A stretch of 64,000 nucleotides of DNA from Deltaproteobacteria bacterium (GTDB lineage Bacteria; JAGRBM01; JAHCIT01): the NCBI GenBank assembly GCA_026129095.1, contig JAHCIT010000006.1, forward strand, positions 1 to 64,000, written 5' to 3'. The notes beneath the pieces are model-generated. The model did not search any database, was not told the DNA's origin, and saw nothing but the letters and a program-made list of their open reading frames with translations. Of this stretch, positions 28,376 through 38,967 are shown one piece after another (within the stretch, counting starts at the first letter, position 1; each line of letters begins with the position of its first letter). The translations under genes and the position numbers were made by a program.

Positions 28376-28390
28376 AGAAAAGGCTGCCGG

Positions 28391-29914
28391 TCAGGCTCCG
28401 AAGAGATCCCGCACCGCACGGACCCGATCGGTCAGTGACGAAGCGTATAGTGCCTTCGTCGCCCCGGAGATCATCCGGTATGCCTGCTTCGAATACGGGT
28501 AGGAGATCGGCAGCCGGTCGGGCATGGGTGTCCGGTCATAGTTCACGTGATAGGCCTCGCACAGGTGCCGCAAGCCGTCATCCCCATGCACCCGGCCAAT
28601 GCCTGACTCCTTGACGCCGCCCCACGGCGTTTCCGGTGCCGCGTGGGTCGGGAGCCAGTCATTCACCTGCACGGTGCCCGCATCGAGGCGTTCGGCAATC
28701 TGCCGCCCACGCTTGCGGTCACGGGTAAACACATAGGCGTCCAGTCCATAACGGGAGTTGTTCGACCTCTCGATGGCCTCGTCGATGCTTTCCACCCGCA
28801 TAACCGGTATGACCGGTCCGAAGGTCTCCTCGGCGATCACGTCCATTGTCTCGGTTACGTTCGTGAGAACGGTCGGGGGATAGAACAGGCCGGGACCGTC
28901 AGGACGCTTGCCACCGGTGTGGATCACGGCACCCTGCTCACGGGCACGGTCCACCTGCTGCTCGATGATCTTGAGCTGCCCCTCGTCGGTCATGGCCCCC
29001 ACGTCCACCTCGTCCAGCGGGTTCCCCTGCCGGAGACGTTTCACGCGCTCGACGATTTTCTCGACGAGAGGTTCGTATGTCTTGCCCACCGCGTAGACCC
29101 GTTCAATGGAAGCGCAGACCTGGCCCGAATTGGCCAGGGCGCCGAACACGATCGAGTTCGCCGCCTGATTGAGGTTGGCGTCTTCGCAGACGATCGCCGG
29201 ATCCTTGCCCCCCAGTTCCATCGTCGTCTCGATCAGGTATTTCCCCGCTTCCGCGGCGATGGCCTTGCCGGTCTCGGTGGAACCGGTAAACGAGACGAAG
29301 TCCACGCCCATCCCGACCATCTCCATGGCCGTGCGGCCCGGAGCCGTGACGACCTGGTAGATATCCGGCGGCAGTCCGGCTTCATCGAACAGCTTGCGCG
29401 TATGGAGCGCGATGAGCGGCGTGAGCGATGCCGGCTTGTGGACCACGGCATTACCCGCCATGAGTGCCATGATCACCTCGCCCGTCGGGATCGTGAACGG
29501 GAAGTTCCACGGGCTGATGAGAAGCAGCACCCCTCGCGGCTTGTAATGGACATAGGATGCCCGGTGGAGAAACAGGTGAAGCGGAATCTTCTTCGGACTC
29601 AGGATGCGTCCGGCATTCCTGGCGAAATAGGTTGCCAGATCGGCAATCGGCATGATCTCCATCATCACCGATTCCTGGAGCGTCTTGCCGTTTTCCTGAG
29701 ACAGGAGCCTTGCCGTCTCGTCAATCCGGTCGAGCAGTGCATCCCGGAACCGGAGCATGATCCGGCCCCGGTCCTCGTAGGACTTTTTCGCCCAGATCTT
29801 CTGTGCCGAGCGTGCGCGCTTTACCGCCTCGCGGCATTCTTCCACGGTCCGGGCGGGAACCTCACCCAGCCTGTTCCCTGTGGCCTTCTCGAAAACCTCG
29901 ATCACCTTTGCCAT
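28391..29914 (-). CDS. Aldehyde dehydrogenase
   Basis: ISPWNFP, FTGS, MELGGKDP, NSGQVC, EETFGP; start placed at ATG 29914 after GGAGGAG. Confidence 0.95.
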   Translation of the reverse strand: MAKVIEVFEKATGNRLGEVPARTVEECREAVKRARSAQKIWAKKSYEDRGRIMLRFRDALLDRIDETARLLSQENGKTLQESVMMEIMPIADLATYFARNAGRILSPKKIPLHLFLHRASYVHYKPRGVLLLISPWNFPFTIPTGEVIMALMAGNAVVHKPASLTPLIALHTRKLFDEAGLPPDIYQVVTAPGRTAMEMVGMGVDFVSFTGSTETGKAIAAEAGKYLIETTMELGGKDPAIVCEDANLNQAANSIVFGALANSGQVCASIERVYAVGKTYEPLVEKIVERVKRLRQGNPLDEVDVGAMTDEGQLKIIEQQVDRAREQGAVIHTGGKRPDGPGLFYPPTVLTNVTETMDVIAEETFGPVIPVMRVESIDEAIERSNNSRYGLDAYVFTRDRKRGRQIAERLDAGTVQVNDWLPTHAAPETPWGGVKESGIGRVHGDDGLRHLCEAYHVNYDRTPMPDRLPISYPYSKQAYRMISGATKALYASSLTDRVRAVRDLFGA

Positions 29915-30147
29915 GAGTCTTCTCCTCCGCAGCGGCGGGCCAGCCCCATCGCCAGTCCCAGCCTGACGCAATAGCCCGCCCGCCATAAGGCGGCAACCAG
30001 GCTCTCCCCGCAGCCGCAGGCCCTTATCATCAGGGGATTTCTATGGCTGAATCAGCCTCAGCAGGTGCCTTTCGCTTTGCCCTTTTCCATGGAAGCGGCT
30101 TAACCTCGCACCGCCCCGCAGCAGCCAATCCGGGAGGACAGACGCAC

Positions 30148-31299
30148 ATGGACAGCAGTTTTTTTGACCGTTACTTCAACGATTCTCATCGCCAGTTCCG
30201 GGCCACCTGCGCCCGCTTTGCCAAGGAAGAGATCGCTCCCCACGCCTACGAGTGGGAAGAAGCGGAGACCTTCGACCGCGAGCTGTACCGTAAAGCCGCC
30301 AAGGCAGGTCTTCTGGGCGCGATGCTGCCGGAACAGTACGGTGGCGGGGGCGGCGATATTTTCCACAGCATCGTGATGACCGAGGAACTGCTTCGGGGTG
30401 GAAGCACCGGAGTCGTTGTGGGGCTGGGCTCCCTCGGCATCGGCCTGCCTCCCATCCTGTATCTGGGAACTGAGGAGCAGAAAAAGCGCTTCATCCCACC
30501 CGTGCTCGCCGGCGACAAGATATCCGCCCTGGCGATCACCGAGCCAGGTACTGGCAGCGACGTGGCCGGGATCCAGACGAAAGCTGAAAGAGACGGCGAC
30601 CATTATGTCCTTAACGGCGCGAAGATATTCATCACCTCCGGCGTCCGGGCCGACTACGTATCTGTGCTGGCCCGGACGGGTCCCGATCCGCATGGTGGCC
30701 TTACCTTTTTCCTCGTCGAAAAGGGCATGCCTGGCTTCACCGTCTCGCGGTCCCTGAAGAAGACCGGCTGGCGGGCGTCAGATACCGGAGAGCTCTCATT
30801 CGACAATGTACGTGTTCCGGTGGCGAACCGCCTCGGCGCCGAAGGCACCGGTTTCGTCCAGCTCATGAAGAACTTCCAGGGCGAGCGGATCTCGCTCGCC
30901 GTGCAAGCCTATGCACTGGCCGAGATAGCCTTCGACGAGGCCTTTTCCTATGCGAGAGAACGCAAGGCGTTCGGCAAGACCCTCGCCGGTTTCCAGGTGA
31001 CGCGCCACAAGCTGGCCGACATGGCGACCCGGGTATTTACTGCGAAATCCATCACCTACCAGTGCGCCGACAGGATGCAGAAGGGCGAATACATCGTTCG
31101 CGAGGTCTCCATGGCAAAGAACTTCGCCGCCGAGATAGCGCAGGAAGTCTGCTACGAGGCGGTCCAGATCTTCGGTGGCATGGGGTACATGCGCGAGACA
31201 CTGGTGGAACGTATCTCCCGCGACGTACGCCTTATTCCCATTGGCGGCGGCACCCAGGAGATCATGAAGGAGATCATCGCCAAGGCGCTGGGGATATAG
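30148..31299 (+). CDS. Acyl-CoA dehydrogenase
   Basis: LAITEPGTGSD, NGAKIFIT, ER, QIFGGMGY, IGGGTQEI; start ATG 30148 after GGAGG. Confidence 0.95.
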   Translation: MDSSFFDRYFNDSHRQFRATCARFAKEEIAPHAYEWEEAETFDRELYRKAAKAGLLGAMLPEQYGGGGGDIFHSIVMTEELLRGGSTGVVVGLGSLGIGLPPILYLGTEEQKKRFIPPVLAGDKISALAITEPGTGSDVAGIQTKAERDGDHYVLNGAKIFITSGVRADYVSVLARTGPDPHGGLTFFLVEKGMPGFTVSRSLKKTGWRASDTGELSFDNVRVPVANRLGAEGTGFVQLMKNFQGERISLAVQAYALAEIAFDEAFSYARERKAFGKTLAGFQVTRHKLADMATRVFTAKSITYQCADRMQKGEYIVREVSMAKNFAAEIAQEVCYEAVQIFGGMGYMRETLVERISRDVRLIPIGGGTQEIMKEIIAKALGI

Positions 31300-31304
31300 G
31301 ACGG

Positions 31305-32141
31305 TCAGTTCACCGTCTCCATCTGCCTTTTCACGCGGACCAGTTCCCGCTGGATCTGCGGCAGGTCGGGGGCGCCGGGCGAAAGCTCCAGATACCGGAG
31401 CAGGTCTTCGTAAGCGAGGCCATATTTGCCGAGCCGGGCGCGCAGCAGGCCCCGGTCGCGAATTTCGTTTCCCTGATCAGGCATCGCGGCGAGAATGAAC
31501 TCGACCGCCTTCAGGGCCGACTCCAGGTCGCCCCGTGAAAGGTACACGCCTTTCAGGTTACGGAGCGAGCGTTCGATGATGAGGCGATTGCTCCACGGCC
31601 GGAAGCAGTCGTCCGTCACCTCGAAGCCGGGCCCGAACAGCCGCTGGACGAGATTTACACATTCGTCGCGGGTAATCGTTTTCCATCCATGGAACGGATC
31701 GAAATAGAAAATGCGGCCAGCCGCCTCATGGCTGCATACGAAGTGTCCCGGCAGGCCCACACCCCTGATGGCTAGCCCCATACGCCGTCCGAGCTCGATC
31801 GAGATGATTGATAGCGAAATGGGAATGCCCTGCCGGGTTTCCAGAACACGGGGGAGAAAGCTGTTGTCGGTTTCGTAGTAGCGCTCGCGGTTGCCGCTGA
31901 ACTTTTCCTCTCCAGCCAGATACCGGGCGAGTATGCGGAGCTGGAGCAGGGGCTCGGACGTATTGCCCAACCGTTCGCGGAGGCCTTTTTCCAGCCGGTC
32001 CATTCCGGCCCGGCAACTATCCGGATCGAACTGGCAGCCGAGCCCTTCGGCCAGCAGCAGCGACAGCTCGAAAAGCGATGGCTCCGGGTGTTCCTGCCGG
32101 GCCAGCTTCGTGAACTTGTCGAGGGCGGGATGGACGAACAT
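31305..32141 (-). CDS. SirB1 family protein (transglutaminase-like + TPR)
   Basis: FSGNRERYY...NSFL..VLETRQGIPISLS, GVGLPGHF, DPF, RNLK, EIRDRGL. Confidence 0.88.
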   Translation of the reverse strand: MFVHPALDKFTKLARQEHPEPSLFELSLLLAEGLGCQFDPDSCRAGMDRLEKGLRERLGNTSEPLLQLRILARYLAGEEKFSGNRERYYETDNSFLPRVLETRQGIPISLSIISIELGRRMGLAIRGVGLPGHFVCSHEAAGRIFYFDPFHGWKTITRDECVNLVQRLFGPGFEVTDDCFRPWSNRLIIERSLRNLKGVYLSRGDLESALKAVEFILAAMPDQGNEIRDRGLLRARLGKYGLAYEDLLRYLELSPGAPDLPQIQRELVRVKRQMETVN

Positions 32142-32273
32142 CGGCTTTCGGGCACCACGTTCCAGGTCGGAACTGCAATGGTCTAGTCACGAAACCGGGG
32201 ATCTGTCACCGGTTGCCGCGTTATTTGCGCCCAAACGTAGGGTCAGCAGCCGGGCTCCGCCGCCCTTCCCTGC

Positions 32274-33479
32274 TTATGCCTGCTTTCCGCTCTTGCTGTC
32301 CGTCGCGCCGACCAGCACCACCATCTTACCCTGATGCTTGTTTTCGTACATAAGCTGATGGACATGCGGAATCTTGTCGAAGTCGAACACATCGTCCACG
32401 ACCGGAACAATTTTCTTTTCCATGATGAGCTGATTTGCCCGGTGGCATTCATAGGCATTGGCGAAGTGTGAGCCCAGGATTTCCTTCTGGCGCATCCAGA
32501 GATACCGAACGTCGAAGTTCAGCTCGAAACCGCTCGTGGCGCCGCAAATCACGATTTTGCCAAACTTTTTGGCGACGAACACCGACGTGGAGAACGTCTC
32601 AGCGCCCACATGCTCGAACACCACGTCCACGTCCTGACCGCCGGTGATTTCGCGCACGGCCTTGCCGAAGGCGCGCATCATCGTGATCTCATCCTTCTTG
32701 GCTTCTGGCGTCGTGGCAATTCCCTGCGGGAACTTGAACTGCTTGCGGTTGATGTAACCAACGGCGCCCAGCTTCTTCACCATCTCACCCTTGGCATCGC
32801 TAGACACCACGCCAATGGCGTTCGCGCCGTAGAGCTTGCAGAGCTGTATGGCGAAAATACCAAGGCCCCCGGCGGCCCCCCACACGAGTACCCAGTCGCC
32901 GGCCTGTATCTTTGCCCGGGTAATGAGCATCCGGTAGGCCGTGCAGTAGGTCAGCGCGTAACTCGCCGCATCGGTCCAGGTAAGGTGTTTTGGCTTCGGG
33001 AGAAGCTGCTGTGACTGGACCTTGGTAAACTGGGCGAAGCTGCCCCAGTTCGTCTCGTATCCCCAGATCTGCTGCTGCTCGCAGGCCATCGGGTCGCGGC
33101 CGTTGCAGGCTGGGCACTGGCCGCAGGACTGGTTGCAGTGAATGACCACCTCATCGCCGGGCTTCCAGAGCTTCACCTCGGAGCCGACCTTCCAGACGAT
33201 TCCAGCGGCATCGGAACCGCCGATGTGGAAGGTGTCCTTGCGGGCCTTGATGATGGAAATGGGCTTTCCGAGTGCCGCCCACACGTTGTTGTAGTTGATA
33301 CCGGCAGCCATCACGAGGACGAGCACCTCGTTGGCCCCGATTTCCGGCACGTCAATCAGCTCCCGCTGGAAGGCAGTCTTGGGTTCGCTCTCGCGCTCCG
33401 GGCGAATCACATAGGCGTGCATCTTCTTCGGCAGTTCGCCGATCTTGGAGGGGACGGTTCCGATATCGAAGGTTTCCAT
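32274..33479 (-). CDS. ccrA: Crotonyl-CoA carboxylase/reductase
   Basis: AAGINYNNVWA, HIGGSDAAG, IWGYETNWGSFAQF, RYLWMRQK, GSHFAN: the CO2-binding Asn/aromatic/Glu/His positions appear present. Confidence 0.9.
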   Translation of the reverse strand: METFDIGTVPSKIGELPKKMHAYVIRPERESEPKTAFQRELIDVPEIGANEVLVLVMAAGINYNNVWAALGKPISIIKARKDTFHIGGSDAAGIVWKVGSEVKLWKPGDEVVIHCNQSCGQCPACNGRDPMACEQQQIWGYETNWGSFAQFTKVQSQQLLPKPKHLTWTDAASYALTYCTAYRMLITRAKIQAGDWVLVWGAAGGLGIFAIQLCKLYGANAIGVVSSDAKGEMVKKLGAVGYINRKQFKFPQGIATTPEAKKDEITMMRAFGKAVREITGGQDVDVVFEHVGAETFSTSVFVAKKFGKIVICGATSGFELNFDVRYLWMRQKEILGSHFANAYECHRANQLIMEKKIVPVVDDVFDFDKIPHVHQLMYENKHQGKMVVLVGATDSKSGKQA

Positions 33480-33584
33480 GCGGGATTACCACCTTGAAGA
33501 GAATTCCGGACTGGTTTTTGAGTTTGCCGAACCCCGGTTCGGCCCCTGCCCATTACCCACCACCGGGACGGCAAATCAAGGAGG

Positions 33585-34301
33585 GTGTTCCTCCCAATAA
33601 AACTCCACGTATTCCCACTGCGGCACCCGCATGACACATTCTCCCCGATGCCCCTCTTCTCCCTCCAAGGCGCGTTCGATGAAACATCGGCCCGGCAGTA
33701 TGACCTCGTGGCCCGCAGGGCCCTGGAGCCGCTGTTCGACCTGACAGTGAAGGAGATCACCCGGCTGGGCGGCGGCAGTTTTGCCCCTGGATCGATCGTA
33801 GACCTCGGCTCCGGGCCGGGGGTGCTGACGCACAGGCTCGCCCGGCAGTTCCCCCAGGCGGAAGTCACGGGCATCGAACCCTCCACGCCCATGCTGAAGC
33901 GGGCCAACGCCACCCCCGCGCCGGGAGTGAGATTCATCGAGGGATCGGCGGAAAATATTCCGCTGCCGGATGCGAGCGCGGACCTCCTTGTCAGCCACAA
34001 CTCGATCAAGCACTGGCGGGACCGCACGAAAGGACTGCAAGAGATCGCCCGGGTGCTGAAACCCGGCGGTATCCTGTGGATGTGCGAAATCGACCGGGAC
34101 GCAAGGTGGCCTGACGCATGGCGTTTCATCCGGCAGACCGGCAAGCCACTGATGGTGCTCCCGTTCAAGCTGATCGTCGTCCGGAACGGCCTCAGCGCGC
34201 CGGAACTGGCCCGGCTCCTGAAAGACCTGCCCTTCGAATCGATCCAGGTGGCCCCGGCCGATGGGCTCCCCATGATCCGGGCGATGGGCCGCCGGGCCTG
34301 A
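33585..34301 (+). CDS. Class I SAM-dependent methyltransferase
   Basis: IVDLGSGPG, GSAENIPL, RVLKPGG; true start may be ATG 33648. Confidence 0.88.
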   Translation: MFLPIKLHVFPLRHPHDTFSPMPLFSLQGAFDETSARQYDLVARRALEPLFDLTVKEITRLGGGSFAPGSIVDLGSGPGVLTHRLARQFPQAEVTGIEPSTPMLKRANATPAPGVRFIEGSAENIPLPDASADLLVSHNSIKHWRDRTKGLQEIARVLKPGGILWMCEIDRDARWPDAWRFIRQTGKPLMVLPFKLIVVRNGLSAPELARLLKDLPFESIQVAPADGLPMIRAMGRRA

Positions 34302-34341
34302 CAATTGCCCCCTGTCCGGCATCCCGCCACACTTCAGTCAC

Positions 34342-35253
34342 ATGAAGCGCGCCCGGTCATGTAGCATCCTGCTGGCAGCCATGCTGCTGGCGGCTCTGGC
34401 CGCGCCCCGCGGAGTCCATGCCGTGCCGTTTGAAGATGCGCTGATTTACTTCCCGAGCCGTTACCCAGACGGAATGTGGGATCTTGCCGGGCGCAGGTTC
34501 CCGGCAGGCCCGTGGGCCACCTCCGCGTCAGACCAGTGGATCACCACCGCCGATGGAGTGAAAATCCATGCCTGGTACGCCCGTCCCGAATCGCGTCAAA
34601 CCGGTGGGGCCACACCTGCGCCGGACAATCCGCTGACTATCCTCTATTTCCACGGAAACGCCGGAAGCATCGCCGACCGGCATGGCATCATGCTCAGTTT
34701 CGTGGAGCTGGGGGCTGCGGTGCTGGCCGTGGATTACCGGGGGTACGGCCGAAGCGAGGGCAAACCCGGCGAAAAGGGGCTTTATCTCGATGCCGAGGCA
34801 GCCTGGAACCATTTGACCGGCCCGCTTGGGGTTCCGGCCGAACGGATCATCCTGTTCGGCAAGAGTCTGGGTGGCGGTCCGGCGGTGGAACTCGCCACCA
34901 GAGTGCGGCCTGCGGGGCTGTTTCTCCAGTCCACATTCACGTCAATTCCAGACATGGCCAGGGAACTCCTGCCCTTCGTTCCCCGATTCCTGATCCGCAC
35001 GAAGATGGATTCACTGGCGAAAATCCGGAACGTCAGATGCCCGGTGCTGATCATTCACGGACGGCGGGATGAAATCGTCCCGTTCCGCATGGGCCAGAAA
35101 CTGTATGAGTCCGCCCCCGAGCCCAAGCGTTTCGTGGAAATTGCCCATGCCCGTCATAACGATACGGTCTTTTCGGGGCCGCACTACATCCGAGCCGTTC
35201 GGGAGTTTCTCGGCCAGGTTGACAGTTCGCAGGCTCCCGTGGCGGTGGACTGA
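34342..35253 (+). CDS. Exported alpha/beta hydrolase (ABHD13/BEM46-like)
   Basis: Signal peptide, YFHGNAG, DYRGYG, GKSLGG, IHGRRDEIVP, HND. Confidence 0.9.
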   Translation: MKRARSCSILLAAMLLAALAAPRGVHAVPFEDALIYFPSRYPDGMWDLAGRRFPAGPWATSASDQWITTADGVKIHAWYARPESRQTGGATPAPDNPLTILYFHGNAGSIADRHGIMLSFVELGAAVLAVDYRGYGRSEGKPGEKGLYLDAEAAWNHLTGPLGVPAERIILFGKSLGGGPAVELATRVRPAGLFLQSTFTSIPDMARELLPFVPRFLIRTKMDSLAKIRNVRCPVLIIHGRRDEIVPFRMGQKLYESAPEPKRFVEIAHARHNDTVFSGPHYIRAVREFLGQVDSSQAPVAVD

Positions 35254-35332
35254 CTTCTGCGTCATAAAGACACCATTATTTTTCTGAGGTCAGATTGGAA
35301 ACCAGCCCGTAATTCTGTCTAGTTTAGGTGGA

Positions 35333-36652
35333 ATGCGGGAACGGAACGGAATCTCGAACCTTTGCAAACTACTGGTCCTGACAATCGTCGCCGGGGTGGG
35401 TCCAGCCGCTGCCCAGAGCCGCCAGTCGATACCTGCAACCAGCCTTTCACCCCGCCCGGTCGTCATTACTGGGAAGCAGGTGTCCGGTGTTACCGGGCTG
35501 CCAATCGAATCCATCTCGCTCGCACGGTGCGTGCAAAACAGCCTCGCCGCCCTTCCGTTCCAGATCGATGAACGCAATGCGGACGGGTATATCGTTCCGG
35601 GCCAGCCGCATCCCTCCGTCAAGCCGGACGAGCAGCCGGGCATATTCGACGACAATGACGAGATCGTGTTCATGTTCCGCGAAATCACGCCGGGCTGCGA
35701 AACGCTGCCAGAGGGAATTGCGGAGAAGGTAATCCCGGTCAGGATTGAGAGCGAGTATTTCAATCCGCCGCGCTATATTTACGTTCTCGTCAATGCCGCC
35801 CGGAAGCCACCCGTTCCGGTTTATGTCCGCCACGATCCTGTGCGCGACCGGACTTCCAGCCCCTTTTTCGAATTTGGCTATGACCCGAAGAACGCGGCGA
35901 TTTTTGACCACCTGGTGATCTCCCAGATCCGGGGGCTGGAAAAGGCCAACATCATCGACCGGCTGAAGGTCCGGATCATCAGCCGGGCCGTGGCCGACCT
36001 CATCACGATCCGCCTGAACGAGGACCACCTGAAATCCACGCTTTACGGGTACCGCGCCGGTCCGCTCCGTGTGAGCCGGCTGGTGAATGTTGTCCTGACT
36101 CCGGTGCCGGGGTTCACAATTCCCGTCACGGTCGAAACTACCCAGTATGACCGGCTATGGGATGCGCGGGTATCATTCACGCTCCCCAGGTCCCTCACGG
36201 CGCTCATGTCGAGCCAGGAGATGTTCTTCATCGTCGATTTCCGTGACCTGCGCGGCACGACCTTTGTCACTGTCGCCAATCCGCAGGGGGCCGTCATTGA
36301 TGGCATCACACAGGACGAGGAAAAGCAGCTCAACCTTGGCGCCGAACACTGGTTTTTCATTACCGGCCGGGGAGCAAACGCGCTGATGATGATGGACACC
36401 TCGCCAAACCTGCAGCTCAAGTTCCGGGCCGATTTCGTGGACGACGCCACCTATGCCAACCCGCCAGAAAACGTCGTGGGCGGCCTGCCGTCTGCCGGGT
36501 TCCACCTGACCGGCTGGGAACAGATCAGGAGCGGCAGTTACTGGTTTTTTGGACGGTTCGTGACCCTCCCCGGCTTTCCTGAAGATGGCGGTGCCGGCTG
36601 GTATCAGGCTTTCAACAGCCCCATCAAGACCATTGCTGAACCCGCCCGATAG
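35333..36652 (+). CDS. Hypothetical secreted protein
   Basis: Signal peptide (..PAAA/Q); beta-rich; LPFQIDE, DEIVFM, DRLKVR, GPLR; no family recognised. Confidence 0.7.
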   Translation: MRERNGISNLCKLLVLTIVAGVGPAAAQSRQSIPATSLSPRPVVITGKQVSGVTGLPIESISLARCVQNSLAALPFQIDERNADGYIVPGQPHPSVKPDEQPGIFDDNDEIVFMFREITPGCETLPEGIAEKVIPVRIESEYFNPPRYIYVLVNAARKPPVPVYVRHDPVRDRTSSPFFEFGYDPKNAAIFDHLVISQIRGLEKANIIDRLKVRIISRAVADLITIRLNEDHLKSTLYGYRAGPLRVSRLVNVVLTPVPGFTIPVTVETTQYDRLWDARVSFTLPRSLTALMSSQEMFFIVDFRDLRGTTFVTVANPQGAVIDGITQDEEKQLNLGAEHWFFITGRGANALMMMDTSPNLQLKFRADFVDDATYANPPENVVGGLPSAGFHLTGWEQIRSGSYWFFGRFVTLPGFPEDGGAGWYQAFNSPIKTIAEPAR

Positions 36653-36700
36653 CCCCTTGATGAAATCCCCTTCGGCCGTCCATGATCCGTTCATCAGGTT

Positions 36701-37330
36701 ATGAGCGGAACAGAGACACCCGGGCCGGGAGCGGCGGGAATACCCCGGCGCAGCTTTCTCAAGGTGGGCGCCATTGGGACTGCCGCCGTTGCCGCGGGCG
36801 GAGTCGCCCTCGCGCTCCGTCAGACTGTTTTGCGCGATCTCCCCAAGGATGGCCTGATGGTCTTCACACCAAAGGAATACGCCATCTTCGCAGCAGTGGC
36901 GGATATTGTCTGTCCGCCGCGTGCCGAGGGTGTTCCGAATGCGACCGACCTCGACGTCGCCCGCACGGCCGACCGGCAGCTGGCCAAACTGGATGTTGCC
37001 GTCCAGAAAGAGTTCAAGATCCTTCTCAATCTGTTCGATAGCGCGCTCGCCGGTTTCCTGTTCGACGGCCGCCTGAAGCCGTTCACGCAGCTTTCCCCGG
37101 CCAAACAGGCCGAGGCTTTCATGGCGTGGGGAGATTCGGGAGTCCCCTTCCGTCGCACCGCTTTTGAAGCCCTGAAGCGGCTAGCTGGCGCGATGTACTA
37201 CATCCAGCCTTCCATCTGGGAACGGACTGGTTACAACGGTCCGCCGGACGTGAGCGGATATCGCGAAGCGATACGCCAGAAACGGGAAGCTGCCGCCCGC
37301 GAGGCTCCGGCCCCGGAGGAACCCCGCTGA
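36701..37330 (+). CDS. Tat-signal protein, gluconate-2-dehydrogenase subunit-3-like
   Basis: PRRSFLKVG twin-arginine signal; YY....W...GYNGP; stop overlaps the GMC start. Confidence 0.8.
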   Translation: MSGTETPGPGAAGIPRRSFLKVGAIGTAAVAAGGVALALRQTVLRDLPKDGLMVFTPKEYAIFAAVADIVCPPRAEGVPNATDLDVARTADRQLAKLDVAVQKEFKILLNLFDSALAGFLFDGRLKPFTQLSPAKQAEAFMAWGDSGVPFRRTAFEALKRLAGAMYYIQPSIWERTGYNGPPDVSGYREAIRQKREAAAREAPAPEEPR

Positions 37331-38874
37331 TGGCCATTTACCGGGGCACGGAACTGGAGAAAGACCTCTCGCTGGAATGCGACGTCTGCATCGTGGGATC
37401 GGGAGCAGGCGGTGCCCATGTGGCGGCGCGGCTCGCGGCCGCCGGCAAGCGGGTGATCGTTCTGGAAGAAGGCGGCTACTACACCAGCGACGATTTCAAC
37501 ATGGACGAAGCGGAGATGTTCCATCATCTCTACCAGGAACACGCCAACCGGGCGACAGCCGATCTCTCCATCTCCATCCTTCAGGGCCGCTCTGTCGGCG
37601 GAACGACGACAGTCAACTGGACAACGAGCTTCCGGACGCCGAAGCCGGTCATGGACTACTGGGCCGGCCGGTTCGGCGTCGAGAACCTCACCTACGATGC
37701 CCTCGTCCCACACTGGGAACGGGTGGAGGAACGCCTCAATATCCGCGAAGTCCCGCTGGATTTCATGAACCGGAACAACCGGGTGCTCTGGGACGGCGCG
37801 ACGAAGCTCGGATGGGAGCCCCACCTCCTGAAACGCAACGTCCGCGACTGCGCCTCACTCGGGTACTGCGGCATGGGCTGTCCCTTGGATGCCAAGCAGT
37901 CGATGCTGGTAACCATGATCCCCGAGGCCGTGGACCATGGCGCGGATGTCTATGCGAACGTCCGTGTCCAGACCATCGAGTCCGAGGGAAGCCGGATATC
38001 GAAGGTGAACGGTGTTGCCATGCACCCGGACGGAAACCGGACCACCAGCCGGACGATTACGGTCCGGTCGAAGGTGACGGTGCTCTCCGGGGGGGCCATC
38101 AACAACCCCGCCCTGCTCCTCAGGTCGAAGCTGGGCAACCGCAACGGCCGGGTCGGGAAGCGCACCTTCCTGCATCCGGTTATCGCCTCGGCCGCCATAT
38201 TCGACGACCCGATCGAGCCCTTTTACGGCGCGCCGCAGTCAGTGGCATCGCACTACTTCCAGGATCGCGGGCCGGACAAAATGGGATTCTTCATCGAAGC
38301 GGCCCCGATCTTCCCTGTCTTCGGCGGATCGGCCTCCCCCGGCATCGGCAAGGATCTGCAGGAGATCATGGACGCCCTGTACCGGATGAACGCGACCGTC
38401 GCGATCGGTATTGACGGTTTCGACGACAAGGATCTGGACGAGGGCGCCACTGTGACGCTGAAGGACGGCGGCCATCCGAAAATCGACTACAAGTGGACGC
38501 CGCGCCTGTCGGAAATGCTCCGCGAGGGAAACAAGCGGGTCGTCGAGATCCAGCTTGCCGCCGGAGCGGCCTATACCCAGTCGTTCCATACTCGCGGGGT
38601 AAAGATCAGGTCGACATCCGAGCTGTCGAAACTGGATTCGGCACCCTATGAGCCCAACCGGGTCAAATGTTTCACCGCGCACCAGATGGGCGGCTGTATC
38701 ATGGGCAAGGATCCGAAGGTTTCGGTGGTCGATTCCCGGCTGAAGCACCATGAGTTCGACAACCTGTTCATTATCGACGGATCGGTGTTCCCCACCTCGC
38801 TGGGCGTCAACCCGCAGCTCTCCATCTACGGCCTGTCATCGTGGGCCAGCCAGCACGTCATTGCGGCGGTGTAA
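37330..38874 (+). CDS. GMC family oxidoreductase (long-chain alcohol oxidase-like)
   Basis: IVGSGAGG, VGGTTTVNW, C..LGYC.MGCP..AKQS, TAHQMGGC, SLGVNPQ. Confidence 0.92.
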   Translation: MAIYRGTELEKDLSLECDVCIVGSGAGGAHVAARLAAAGKRVIVLEEGGYYTSDDFNMDEAEMFHHLYQEHANRATADLSISILQGRSVGGTTTVNWTTSFRTPKPVMDYWAGRFGVENLTYDALVPHWERVEERLNIREVPLDFMNRNNRVLWDGATKLGWEPHLLKRNVRDCASLGYCGMGCPLDAKQSMLVTMIPEAVDHGADVYANVRVQTIESEGSRISKVNGVAMHPDGNRTTSRTITVRSKVTVLSGGAINNPALLLRSKLGNRNGRVGKRTFLHPVIASAAIFDDPIEPFYGAPQSVASHYFQDRGPDKMGFFIEAAPIFPVFGGSASPGIGKDLQEIMDALYRMNATVAIGIDGFDDKDLDEGATVTLKDGGHPKIDYKWTPRLSEMLREGNKRVVEIQLAAGAAYTQSFHTRGVKIRSTSELSKLDSAPYEPNRVKCFTAHQMGGCIMGKDPKVSVVDSRLKHHEFDNLFIIDGSVFPTSLGVNPQLSIYGLSSWASQHVIAAV

Positions 38875-38967
38875 ATCTCCCCGGCTCCTTGCGGCACCAG
38901 ATGAGCCGCGCTAGATAATCCGTTCCGCTGAATGACTGTTCATTCAGCATGGAAGGGAGTCCGACAC

